Part shown: in pieces, positions 52,231 to 64,000 of the stretch | Layout: each line of letters opens with the position of its first letter | Numbering within the stretch: the first letter of the stretch is position 1 | NCBI RefSeq assembly: GCF_006345805.1 | Contig: NC_043013.1 | Location: 31,496,001 to 31,560,000, forward strand | DNA length: 64,000 nt | Direction: 5' to 3' | DNA from: Octopus sinensis | Taxonomy: Eukaryota | Notes under the pieces: model-generated | The model's input: the letters and a program-made list of their open reading frames with translations, nothing else | Told to the model about the DNA's origin: nothing | The model's database searches: none | Position numbers and translations under genes: made by a program

Positions 52231-52319
52231 GAGATCTCAGTAAAAACAGCAATTGGAAGGCTGACACAAACAGGTAAGAGAGAATGAATTAACTGCAATC
52301 TATCAAACATTTTTAAAGT

Positions 52320-52350
<31 letters not shown>

Positions 52351-52429
52351 GCATATAAGTGTACTAACGTACATAAGCTCACATACGTGTGAGTGTATAC
52401 ACTCTAGACATATATTTACATGTATATAT

Positions 52430-52625
52430 GTATTTGTGTCTGCGTTTGCCCCCACCATCTCTTGACAACCGGTGTTGGTGTGTTTCCGTCCCCGCAACGT
52501 AGTGATTCGGCTAAAACGACGACTAGAATAAGAACTGGGCTTAAAAAGAATAAGTCCTGGTGTCGATTAGTTCTATTAAATGTGGTGCTCCAGCATGGCC
52601 GCAGTCTAATGACTGAAACAATTAA
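52430..52625 (+). mobile_element. SINE family A tail
   Basis: cttgacaaccggtgttggtgtgttt..aagaataagtcctgg..gtgctccagcatggccgcagtc. Confidence 0.8.
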
Positions 52626-52668
52626 CGGGATACACACACACACATATATACATATGTGTATATATATA

Positions 52669-52719
<51 letters not shown>

Positions 52720-52728
<9 letters not shown>

Positions 52729-52925
52729 TTAATCCAAACATGTAAACACAAAGAGAAAACACAACAACGCGAGGACGTGGAACAAATGTAGTATTATTGG
52801 ACGCTCAAGAAGGAAGGGAAGAAGGAGGGTATCACATTTCGAGCGGAGCTCTTCGTCAGAAATATATGAAAAGGAAAGATCCAGAGACGGGAAGACGGGG
52901 GAAAAAAATCGCCAACGGTACACAC
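52720..52925 (-). mobile_element. (TA)n-flanked element with a degenerate minimal hammerhead at 52828-52865
   Basis: Minus strand: CUGACGA-A-GAGC(UCC)GCUC-GAAA-U-GUG. The GUG triplet and poor stem I suggest it is inactive. Confidence 0.6.
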
Positions 52926-52940
52926 GCGGTCACATTTTGA

Positions 52941-53004
<64 letters not shown>

Positions 53005-53232
53005 GTGTGTGTGTGTGGTGTGTATCGTGGTGTAAAAAGAAAGTGAACTTCAAGCAATCCGTAGAAAATATTTAAAAAATCTCTCAAGTACAATAGTTGT
53101 TTATTGACCCAGAACCTTTCCGTAACGAAGTACAATAGGCCGAAAGAAATTATTTTTTATTTCACGGTTGATAGCCATGGTTGCCAGGTATATGAACAAA
53201 ACCCAAAGGTTAAGGTATGTAGTAAATAAAAT

Positions 53233-53321
53233 TTGGGCTACGTATGTTTCGTAGCGAGCGGAACCTCGGAAGTGATAAATATCTAAGCGAGGTCTAAACT
53301 GAAGGCTACTCTTCAGGCCAA
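53233..53321 (-). ncRNA. Type I hammerhead ribozyme, near-intact
   Basis: Minus strand: UUGGC-CUGAAGA-GUAGC..(ACCUCG/CGAGGU hairpin)..GCUAC-GAAAC-AUAC-GUA|GCCCAA. Confidence 0.8.
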
Positions 53322-53479
53322 GAGCATCTTGATCGAATGCAGTATACATAGTCGTTTGGAGACCAACGTTAATACATGGAAGATTCGGTCAGAATGCTTA
53401 GAGAGCACAGTTTCAGGGGAGAATATAACTGTGAAGATAAATTAGGAATAAAAGAAAGCAAAAAAAAAAAGACAGAAAA

Positions 53480-53910
53480 AAAACAGACGAAGTACTGCTA
53501 AGCATTTCGCTCGGCCTGCTAAAGTTTCTGCCAGCTCACCGCCATATTAACTTAGGTATAATGTTATGTGAATGGCAAACGTGAGTAGAAATCGTTTAAC
53601 ACATAGTTTCAGTTTGCTTTTATTTGCCGTTTCAAATAAGCCTAAATGTTTGAAGTTCTCAATAAATATTTTATTCAGCTGCTTTTATGTTTTATCAAGG
53701 CGAAGAGCTAGTAAAATCCTTAGGGAAACAAGTAAAATATCTCGCGGCATTTTGTCCGTCTTTTCTTTCTGAGTTCAAATGCCTTTGGTGTCGACTATCC
53801 CTTTCGTCCTTTGGGAGGCAAAATATATGTACCAAACGAGCACTGGAGTCGATGTAATCGACTTAGCTCTCTCCCGAAATCGCTGGTCTTGTGACAAAGT
53901 TTGAAACCAA
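53480..53910. mobile_element. Two degenerate SINE family B fragments (minus about 53480-53545, plus about 53700-53910)
   Basis: aagcatttcgctcggcctgctaaagtttctgccagctcaccgcc; tctgagttcaaatg..gtcgatgtaatcgactt. Confidence 0.6.
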
Positions 53911-54494
53911 TAATATGCTGTGTCAACTCAGTCCATCATCTCAAATAATTGATTGCAAAAAATACAAATTGAGATATCAAGGAAGTATTGCATGCATTCA
54001 TATACTTACCATGCATTAACTTTGAAAGGATATCTTAGATTATTGGACATGCTATATTTTTTTCTGTAATCATCATCTTGAAAGTTTTCTGAAGCTTGAA
54101 TATCCGATATGAAATCTATTATATTTCTTTAGAAGCTTAGAAGCATTAGGATATATGTAGCATCGAATATCTATCTATAATTTAGCTGGAAGGTGGAGAC
54201 CATGTTGAATCAGATTCTATAATGTCAAATTAATAGACGGAATACGTGTTTATGTATATTTTTTCTTTGAGAACATATATGCTGATTTGTATAATCCATC
54301 CATCTCTCATCCCTCACACTGAAAGCTTTTGTTGTCGCGTACACACTTCCAGCAATTTTGAATCATATACTTATGCTATCGTACTTAAATCTCACTACAT
54401 TCCTCACAGTGCTCTACGTGTTACCTACATGCATCACTTCAAACTTGCACTTCAACTCTAGATACTGTACATTACTTCAAATATAGATACATCA

Positions 54495-54654
54495 ACATTA
54501 TTTACATTATTTACATTTGACGGATATTTGTCCGCATCTTGTTTGTTGTTAACACAACTTTTCGGCTGATTTACCCTCCAGCCATCATCAGCTGTCTTCG
54601 GGAAATTTCTAACCTGGGTTCCCATTCCTAAGGTATTGTTCGATGTTATTATTA

Positions 54655-54717
<63 letters not shown>

Positions 54718-54843
54718 CATTATTATTATTATTATTATCATTATTATTACTGTTGCTGTTGTTGTTGTTCCAGTTGTTCTTGTTATTCTTGTTGTTCCTG
54801 TTGTTGTTGTTGTTGTAGTTGTTATTGTTATTGTTATTATTAT
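54495..54843 (-). mobile_element. Inverted copy of the HHR-SINE body plus (AAT)/(AAC)n; degenerate hammerhead at 54551-54596
   Basis: 54495-54647 is the reverse complement of 55209-55361. Minus strand: GACAG-CUGAUGA-U-GGCUG/CAGCC-GAAAA-GUU|GUGUU. Confidence 0.85.
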
Positions 54844-54973
54844 TCAGCCAGCGGGCAATTGTGAAGTGAATTTTAGGGCTTATAAATCTAATGTTTTCCT
54901 ATCCTTCCTTAATACCTTATCCCATATGCTATTCATATCTGCACTCGGTCTGCTTAGGAGGTTGTTGTGCCTA

Positions 54974-55393
<420 letters not shown>

Positions 55394-57357
55394 TATAGAT
55401 ACATCAATTCATCAGTATTCAACTCTTGAAACATTGCACTTAATACATGGGAGTCCCGCTCGTTTCATCAGTACACATTTTTAATGGCAACATGACATGA
55501 ATGTAAGTTTTTACGGTCTTTAAAACAGCTGGTATTCAGTCTCTAATGATGTCTGCAGCCAAGTTCATATTACAATAGCTGCATCCCAAACAATACCCAA
55601 ACAATATCTAGCAACCTACAACAATATCCACCTTATATTGGCTAGTAACCTACAGCAGTTGCTATCAGTTCATGATTCTGTACTGAACACGTACGTGATC
55701 TATATTAAAATATTATTCTTAAATTTGTGACGGTGCTACCGAGATATTCTCTCCTGTCACTGCTAAAACGGTCGGCCTGTACACTTTTGAAACTCGCTGT
55801 ATTTGTAAAACCTTCCTTCATCCTTCCCCGCGTTACACACCTCATTTTTTTCACATCCGCTAACAAAACCAGCTGGAGCCCATATGTTCATTACTTATCT
55901 CGACTCATGTCTATTATCCAGATGTTGATATACAGCTGTTAAAACTGAACATCAACGGCATTAACTGCGTCTATCACGTAATGGTGCAAATATCATTTCG
56001 ACCTTGTTAATTAATATTATTTCTAAAAAAATAAAACCTTGCTAGCAGCGTACAAAACGTAAGTCTGATAGTTATATTTAATATATACAACTATCCATTA
56101 ATAGGTTTTACTGTGTTTAATATTTCAGTAGTTGAATTATACGGAAATCTCCCGAAGTCATAAAAATTTACTGAAGTCATAACGATATAGTTAAAAATAT
56201 CCCGCATCTGGACGCGTGATTAAGGCGGTGTGTCGCTGAAACCTCTATGTTTCTGTGCCAAGATAAATTAAAGCAAAACCAAAATGCAACTCTAATACAG
56301 CTTTAGTTACTGTTGCATCTATATCCAGTATACAATGGTGAGATATTTTCATCAATATCCTCCATGTTTCATCGTAGGTCCTCAAATTCGAAGAGTTTTT
56401 AAAATCATAGAATCAAAATTTAAAGTCTTTTCTCTCAACGTAGACGAAAACAACAGAATACAATCCAATTTAACTATATTCTATTTGATTTGCTCATGCA
56501 TAAGCAATACTCGACGTTTTGTGCCGTTGTATCCGTTGCACAATCCGATATCAATCCTAGTTGATCAGACCTATGAACAAAAATATTTAAGTCTAGATGT
56601 TCCTATATTATTCTTAGTGTAGGTACACCTTGCCAATTTTCTAGACGGTAGTGCGTAGTTTAAAGAATGTTTGGTAGTTATTTCTAGCAGTTCGAACGAA
56701 TGCGTATAGTTCCAATAAGCATCGTAAGAACAATACAGACAATGTATAATTTAGCTTTTGTTTCATAGCATGAATAGCGAGAAAGCGACGGAAAACAGCA
56801 TTAAATTGAATGCCATTAAACTGATGTCTTCGTGACACATTTTCCTGAACACCGCTGTCGGAAATACAGTGAATTAAATAGGCTTCACAATTTTCTCTTT
56901 TGCCAAATAATTACATATTTCACTTGCGAAAAGATACAATTTTTGCTCATCGCATTCTTTATGCTCTTTAGACATTCCTTTGATTATACGTTCAGCCAGC
57001 ATAAAGTTTAAATTTGAAGATCCAGTTCATTGTTCTTGTTTATTTTAATTTTTTTTTTGTAATTTTCATTTTAAATAATTTAATCGACTGACTCTTTAGA
57101 ACTTTACTATCATTTTATGTTCACAAAGAATTAATTTCAAGTCAATAATATAGTTACCTCAATCAACATTAAGTTGTGTATTTTAAAAGAGAGATAATTG
57201 CAATCTACAACTGACATTAAAACAATTGATTTTCGCCATTGTAAATACAAAGGAAATGTTCGTATATTACATGCTGTTCACAAAAACATCTTGATTCAAA
57301 AGAACATTTCGATGGATTTAATCAGTTTTGGTGAACGGAACTGCTAGAAGTTAGGAC

Positions 57358-57433
<76 letters not shown>

Positions 57434-57467
57434 TATCTATCTATATATCTGTCTGTCTATCTATCAA

Positions 57468-57528
<61 letters not shown>

Positions 57529-57639
57529 CTGTCTATCTATTTATCCATGTATCTATCTATCCATCTATATATCTATATATTCATCGATCTAGCTATCTAT
57601 GTATCTATCTATATATCTGTCTATCTATCTATTTATCTA

Positions 57640-57697
<58 letters not shown>

Positions 57698-57928
57698 GTT
57701 TATCTATCAATTCATGTATCTATCTATCCATCTATCTATCTATATATCCATCCATCTATCTATCTGTGTATCTATCTATATATCTATCTATCAAGTAGAA
57801 ATTATGGGTAAAAACAGATGCATGATAACTACAGCTATACTTATAGTTTTCCGCGTATTATAATAACCCGTGTTGCTTTCTCTACATTTGTTACGCAACT
57901 TTTATAATGATTAGTATGTAGGCGCAAT

Positions 57929-58320
57929 AGGCGCAGGAGCGGCTGTGTAGTAAGTAGCTTGCTTACCAACCACATGGTTGTGGGTTCAATCCCACTGTGT
58001 GGCACTTTGGGCAAGTGTCTTCTACTATAGCCTCGGGCCGACCAAAACCTTGTGAGTGGATTTGGTAGACGGAAACTGAAAGAAGCCTGTCGTGTATATG
58101 TATATATATGTGTGTGTTTGTGTGTCTGTGTTTGTCCCCCCACCATCACCTGACAACCGATGCTGGTGTGTTTATGTGCCCGTAACTTAGCGGTTCGGCA
58201 AAAGAGGCCGATAGAATAAGTACTAGGCTTACTAAGAATAAGTCCTGGGGGTCGATTTGCTCGATTATAGGCGGTGCTCCAGCATGGCCGCAGTCTAATG
58301 ACTGAAACAAGTAAAAGAGA
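57929..58320 (+). mobile_element. SINE family A, full length
   Basis: ggcgcaggagcggctgtgtagtaagtagcttgcttaccaacc head and the family tail. Confidence 0.9.
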
Positions 58321-58648
58321 GAGAAAGAGAGAGAGTTCATACAAGTTATGAAGTACGCAGTGAATATAAGAGAGACCATGATTGTGAAACATGCACAGGA
58401 ACAATAATATAAACATACGTTTGTCCTTATTTCTTATATACATGTGTGTATGCATGTGTGTGCGTGTGTGTGTATGTCTGTGTATGCATGTATGTGTGTG
58501 TTTTAATATTTCGCTTAGACATAGCGAGACTAATATGGCATAGAACTCAATAAACCTATGGCCAAGGATACAATGTTATATGAGTATTGTGTGGTCATAA
58601 AAAGAGATGACACCGGAAAAAACTAAATGTTATGTAATGGACCTGCCT

Positions 58649-58711
58649 AACTTACAGGCGTTTCTGCAATAAGACGAGGTGGACTCTTAGTCCTATATGT
58701 TCATCAGAGCC
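58649..58711 (-). ncRNA. Degenerate type I hammerhead inside an inverted repeat (58599-58632 / 58772-58802)
   Basis: Minus strand: GGCU-CUGAUGA-..UAGGAC/GUCUUA..-GAAAC-GCCU-GUA|AGUU. The base of stem II is mismatched. Confidence 0.55.
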
Positions 58712-58825
58712 TTGAATATGAAGTATTCAACTAAGAATCCACGAGATGTTATAGTGGAAATAGTTGTAAGCTAACATTTGTTTTTTCTAGTGTCATCTTT
58801 TTACTTCCTTACGTGTATATATAGT

Positions 58826-59127
58826 GAGGAGGTACATGGCCTAGTGGTTAGACCAGCGAACTAGCGGTCGAGGGATCGTGGGTTCAAATCTCAGACCGGA
58901 CAATGTATGTGTTTATGAGCGAAACACCTAAGCTCCACGCGGGTCCGACAGAAGGTAATGGCGAACTTCTGGTGACCCTTTCGCCACAACATTCTCTCAT
59001 CCTTTCCACCTGCATCATGCAGCTCACCTGCTACGGACTGGCGTCCCGTCCAGGTGGGGAACCTATACGCCAAGGAAACCGGGAAACCGGCCCTTATCAG
59101 CCAGGCATGGCTCGCGAAGGAACAAAC

Positions 59128-59128
<1 letters not shown>
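58826..59128 (+). mobile_element. tRNA-headed SINE family C variant
   Basis: tggcctagtgg A box, gggttcaaatctc B box, cggactggcgtcccgtccagg core and gaaaccgggaaaccggccc shared with 7217-7460. Confidence 0.78.
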
Positions 59129-59169
<41 letters not shown>

Positions 59170-59351
59170 CTTACTTATAAGCACCAGATACCTAAACATG
59201 TAAGATGCCAGAAAACGGCTAGATACAAAGACAGTGCTCGCAGTGTAATAAAAGAACACTGTATATTTCAAGTGCAGGTACCAAATCCAATTTGTAACTG
59301 TTGATCCATCTCACCAGAGTTCCCTGGTGTAGTGTAGGTATTCGTGTTTAC

Positions 59352-59425
<74 letters not shown>

Positions 59426-59472
59426 CATACATACATATATATATATATATACACACACATACACACACACAC

Positions 59473-59520
<48 letters not shown>

Positions 59521-59872
59521 GATTTTCCCAAAAGTTTATAAGGTTGTAGAGCAATTGCAGCTAGGCCATATACAGTTTTAGAGGTGTATGCCATGCTGCT
59601 CTTTCCGTACATTTAGCGGTTATCTACCATACCTGTGTTCCAATGAAGCCTTCGACCCTTTCCATCCAAACAGATTTTTAACATTTATATGTGCTAAATA
59701 ATAGGTTTATCTTTTCGAGATTAACAGTTACCAAATGATATATACATGTATAAACATACAGAATTTTAAAAATTCATTATCATAAAAATTCTTTCGAGTA
59801 AATATAGACGACTTAATCAACACCAGTATTCAAATGGTCATGGGTTCCCCGTGAGGAATATAAAAATCGTGA

Positions 59873-60210
59873 TCAGACCCATGGAGAGAGTGAATCGCAG
59901 AGCATATTTGGACATAATTCAATATTCCAATTAAGCTTAATTTCTGAGTGAGTTTCATTTCTAGTTATATTCCACAGTCCTACATAACGTTCGGCATAGT
60001 ATAATCCACAGTTTGTGATATTTGGAACAAAAAAAACATTAGGATAGTTTTTGTATACAAATGATGTTATAGCGTTTGCAAATGTGTCATCTTGTTCTGT
60101 TAATGTAAAGCAAAGATTGCTACATTTATTAGATATCAGTAGTGGCTCTGACAGTTTGATCACTTCTTGAAATGAATGCTCTTTTATACATATAAACAAT
60201 TGTCTTATTA
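59873..60210 (-). CDS. Unassigned ~110-codon non-repetitive ORF; possible exon or pseudo-exon of a secreted or membrane protein
   Basis: Open frame (VIRQLFICIKEH..NITNC..WNITRNETH..CPNMLCDSLSPWV*), a polypyrimidine tract ending aaacag just upstream, several NxT sequons and Cys residues. No clear donor site. Confidence 0.22.
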
Positions 60211-60479
60211 CTGTTTGATTTATGACAGAAAAATTCCAAAAAGAAAAAAAAAACTATAACTAGGCTCGTACCTACATAGACAATTTTTTAAATATTTGAT
60301 ATATGGCATTTTCGCTCAAATAGTTGAAGATCGAAATAATAGGAGAGATGATTTATGACTTGGTAGTCGTAAATCAAAGCGTAGTATGTATATATATGTA
60401 TATATATATATATATATACATACATACATACATTCATATATACATACATACACACACACACATATATATATATACATAA

Positions 60480-60511
<32 letters not shown>

Positions 60512-60666
60512 GTATGCATGTATATGTGTATATATATATATTTGAAATATATAGAAAAACACAAGACGAAGACAGGTGTATGAACAACAAACATGTGTAT
60601 TAGTTTGATGCCCGAGAAGAATGAAAATATCATATATATATATACATATACATATATTGTATATAC

Positions 60667-60736
<70 letters not shown>

Positions 60737-60821
60737 TGGTCCAAGCCATGTTTAACTTAATAGCACCACCTGATAGGATTATTTGAATCCTGTTTAAGTC
60801 AAGTTTTGTTTGTGGTCCATT

Positions 60822-61350
<529 letters not shown>

Positions 61351-61351
61351 C

Positions 61352-61393
<42 letters not shown>

Positions 61394-61499
61394 CACATAT
61401 ATGGGTATCTATGCATGATTATACCTATATGTAGATATATATGTGTAAACAATACTGCTGTATCTTTAGTGATCTCACTGATATTGACGTAAGAGAAGC

Positions 61500-61790
61500 G
61501 AGCGAAGTTGATTACGAGCATAACCTTCACTGCCTCAGACATCATAGCAGCAATAAATGTGTTCAAATACTACTCTGCTGTAGGCCCTGATAGGCTCCCG
61601 CTAGTCTCCTGAAGGAATGTAGACACCAACTTGCAGTCCCTCTGCAAGACTGTCTTGGGCTCGCTCCTCCTTATAATTTTCATAAACGAACTTTCCAGCG
61701 TCGTAAATCAATGCAAATACCAGAACGCCACCCATACCTGGATACAACTCACTCAACAAGAACTCACTACTCGAATGGACCATAAACAAA
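61500..61790 (+). mobile_element. CR1/L2-like RT relic with an internal deletion
   Basis: ITFTASDIIAAIN..SAVGPD.. fused to (Q)xTVLGSLLLIIFINELSSVV. Confidence 0.6.
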
Positions 61791-61814
61791 ACATATCTAA
61801 GTTTCATCTAATTG

Positions 61815-61859
<45 letters not shown>

Positions 61860-61984
61860 GAACTGGAGGAAATGTTCACAGATATCTACACTACAAGCCA
61901 AATTGTCGACATCAGTATGGACATTACATTGGAAAGATAAAGAGCCTGATCAAGACGCACATTACGCCATAAAATAGGTGGACA

Positions 61985-62460
61985 GCTATGTTCACATGGG
62001 GAAGTTGGTGACGAAAGAGGGAAATCTTTTCTCGGAAATGAAGAGAATAGCACCTGGTTGGGCGGCCTTTGAGAAGGTGTAATGCCTCATGAGAATACCT
62101 AAGGTATCTATGAAAATTAAAAGAATATATCCTGCTCTGATAATTTACGGCAGTAAAATAAGGGCTCTGAACACTAACGTCTTAAATGCCCTCATTGTAG
62201 CCCAAAGGAAAATGGAACGAATCGCGTTCGGTATCATATTGCAGGACAAGAAAACCAGCGCCTAGATATGATAGCACTTCCTGGCCGTCGTATTCATAAG
62301 AGGTATCAAGGGGAACTGATATCAATGGGCTGTCCACATCGTATGACTGAAAGACAATAGAGGGACAATCAGGATTATGGAATGGACACCAAGACGATAG
62401 AGAAAATCAAGAGGAGGACCAGAGACGAGAGATGATACTATTTCACTTGCTACCAAGGGA
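61985..62460 (+). mobile_element. RTE-type LINE RT thumb / C-terminal relic
   Basis: YVHMGKLV..GWAAF..LIIYGS..VAQRKMERI..QWAVHI..DNRGTIRIMEWTPR..RGGP. Confidence 0.7.
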
Positions 62461-62774
62461 GTAAGTGACTACGACTGGCCAGAGACTGACTGCAATTGAG
62501 GGAGTCCAGAGAGGGGTGTGGTTTTATATTGGAACATTGCTACGCTTCTCCATTTTGTTACACGAGGCTGTAAATGATTTCAATATATTTACAGGTGTTT
62601 CCCTTGCTGTGAGGTTTGTGGCTGGGAACTGAGTTCATCGTAGATTAGTTTAATACCTTAATTCTTCTTATGTGAGAACTCATGTGCAAGTCCAAATTTA
62701 TATATGTAAATACATACATACGTGCACGTGCATATCCATACAAAATATGTACACACACGAACACACATATATAT

Positions 62775-62806
<32 letters not shown>

Positions 62807-63004
62807 GTATTCATATATTTTTGCGTATGTATATTACGTTCTATTGTTTCTGAGTGTTATTTGGAATTATAATATTGGGGAGAAGAATTGTAAATGGGTG
62901 AATAAGAGTGAATGTTAGTGAGTGTGAGGAGTGAAGTTGAGAAAAACGGAAGTGTTTCTTTGAGTGTATCTGTATATGTATATATCTGTGTGTATGTCTT
63001 TGTG

Positions 63005-63036
<32 letters not shown>

Positions 63037-63682
63037 ATGTGTTTGCGTTTGTCTGTGTGTTTACATGTGTATTTCTTCTAGATATGCAAAAAGAGCTGAA
63101 AACGAATGAAAGGAAAATAAAATATCAATTAACAGACATGTGAACATGTACTTACTGATGGAAACCAAAGTTCACCTTCGAAATTGAAGTTTCCAATTCT
63201 TTGAAACCAAAGTAACAAAAATGATTGAACGAACTCGTAAGTCTCTGTAAGTTCGTCTGTGAGCGTGCGTGATCCTATGTTTTCATTTCTTTCAAATTGG
63301 TAAAATTACCTGCAGATATAAACAAAAAGACTCAGTAACAATATTTGAATGTTGTTAGAATATTTACGTGTCAGTTCAAAATAAAAATGTTAAGAATTAT
63401 ATGTGAGTAAAAATTATCAGAATAAACACTTTATTTATGTACACATGTGAAGGTCTAAAGTTAGAAAGAACTGGCAATATTACTTTTAATTCTGGAAATG
63501 CATATGAGGCAGAACAATGTACTTGAGATGCTATGAAACAAGTTAGTCTACTTGAGATGTTACGAAGGAAGACCAAAATTCCCCAATCCCTCTTATGAAA
63601 CAATTTAAATGAGAAATCAATAAGAATTAGAAAGACGCTTGAAAAGATGAATGGCGTGTATATTTTTATATTTGATGAGAAA

Positions 63683-63732
<50 letters not shown>

Positions 63733-64000
63733 CAGACAGAAGTCAGACAGACTGACAGACAGAGACAGAGAAACAGACAGACAGGCAGAGTAGTACAGTA
63801 CACAGAAGACAATGACCGACTACTTGTTTGGAAAATGAAACAGGAAAAGGCATGTATTTGACAAAACGATGTTCAGACACGATCTATCTAAAACGCCTCA
63901 GGAGTGAAGATTCAAAGAATTTAAGACTTCAGACAGAGATTTAATACCAGAACAGAAATGAAACTAAAGAACAAAGGCTTTCAGTCGAAGGAAACTTTAG

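Noticed and set aside
56335-56860. Possible pogo/Tigger-like HTH relic (MSRRHQFN..)
   Set aside because: Similarity is too vague and no TIR or DDE motif was found.

Overview
AT-rich, microsatellite-dense eukaryotic genomic DNA made almost entirely of repeats. The SINE and microsatellite content resembles an octopus (coleoid cephalopod) genome; this is an inference, not a database result. No host gene can be supported. Most ORF-track entries are translations of (TA)n, (CA)n, (GATA)n or (AAT)n. Recognisable coding relics are a frameshifted L1/Tx1-type LINE (20.8-24.0 kb), two Penelope-like (PLE) GIY-YIG fragments, two R4/Dong fragments, RTE and CR1-like fragments, and mariner and DD37D transposase relics. 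There are also about 20 tRNA-derived SINE copies. The main finding is a dense population of type I hammerhead ribozymes (HHRs): about 12 near-intact and about 10 degenerate motifs, from roughly a dozen families with no obvious similarity outside the core. They occur in non-coding elements mostly embedded in (TA)n or (AAT)n tracts. Several share one architecture: two oppositely oriented arms whose RNA-sense 3' ends point outward into the microsatellite. The best example is 3106-6111, a ~473-bp ORF-less, hairpin-rich monomer with one HHR per unit, ~3.2 copies on the minus strand joined head-to-head to ~3.2 copies on the plus strand (retrozyme / circular-RNA-like). A second notable element is a tRNA-headed (Pol III type) HHR-carrying SINE within an inverted composite bounded by a 14-bp direct repeat (54482-55407). 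All HHR calls come from manual pairing; none has been folded computationally or assayed.
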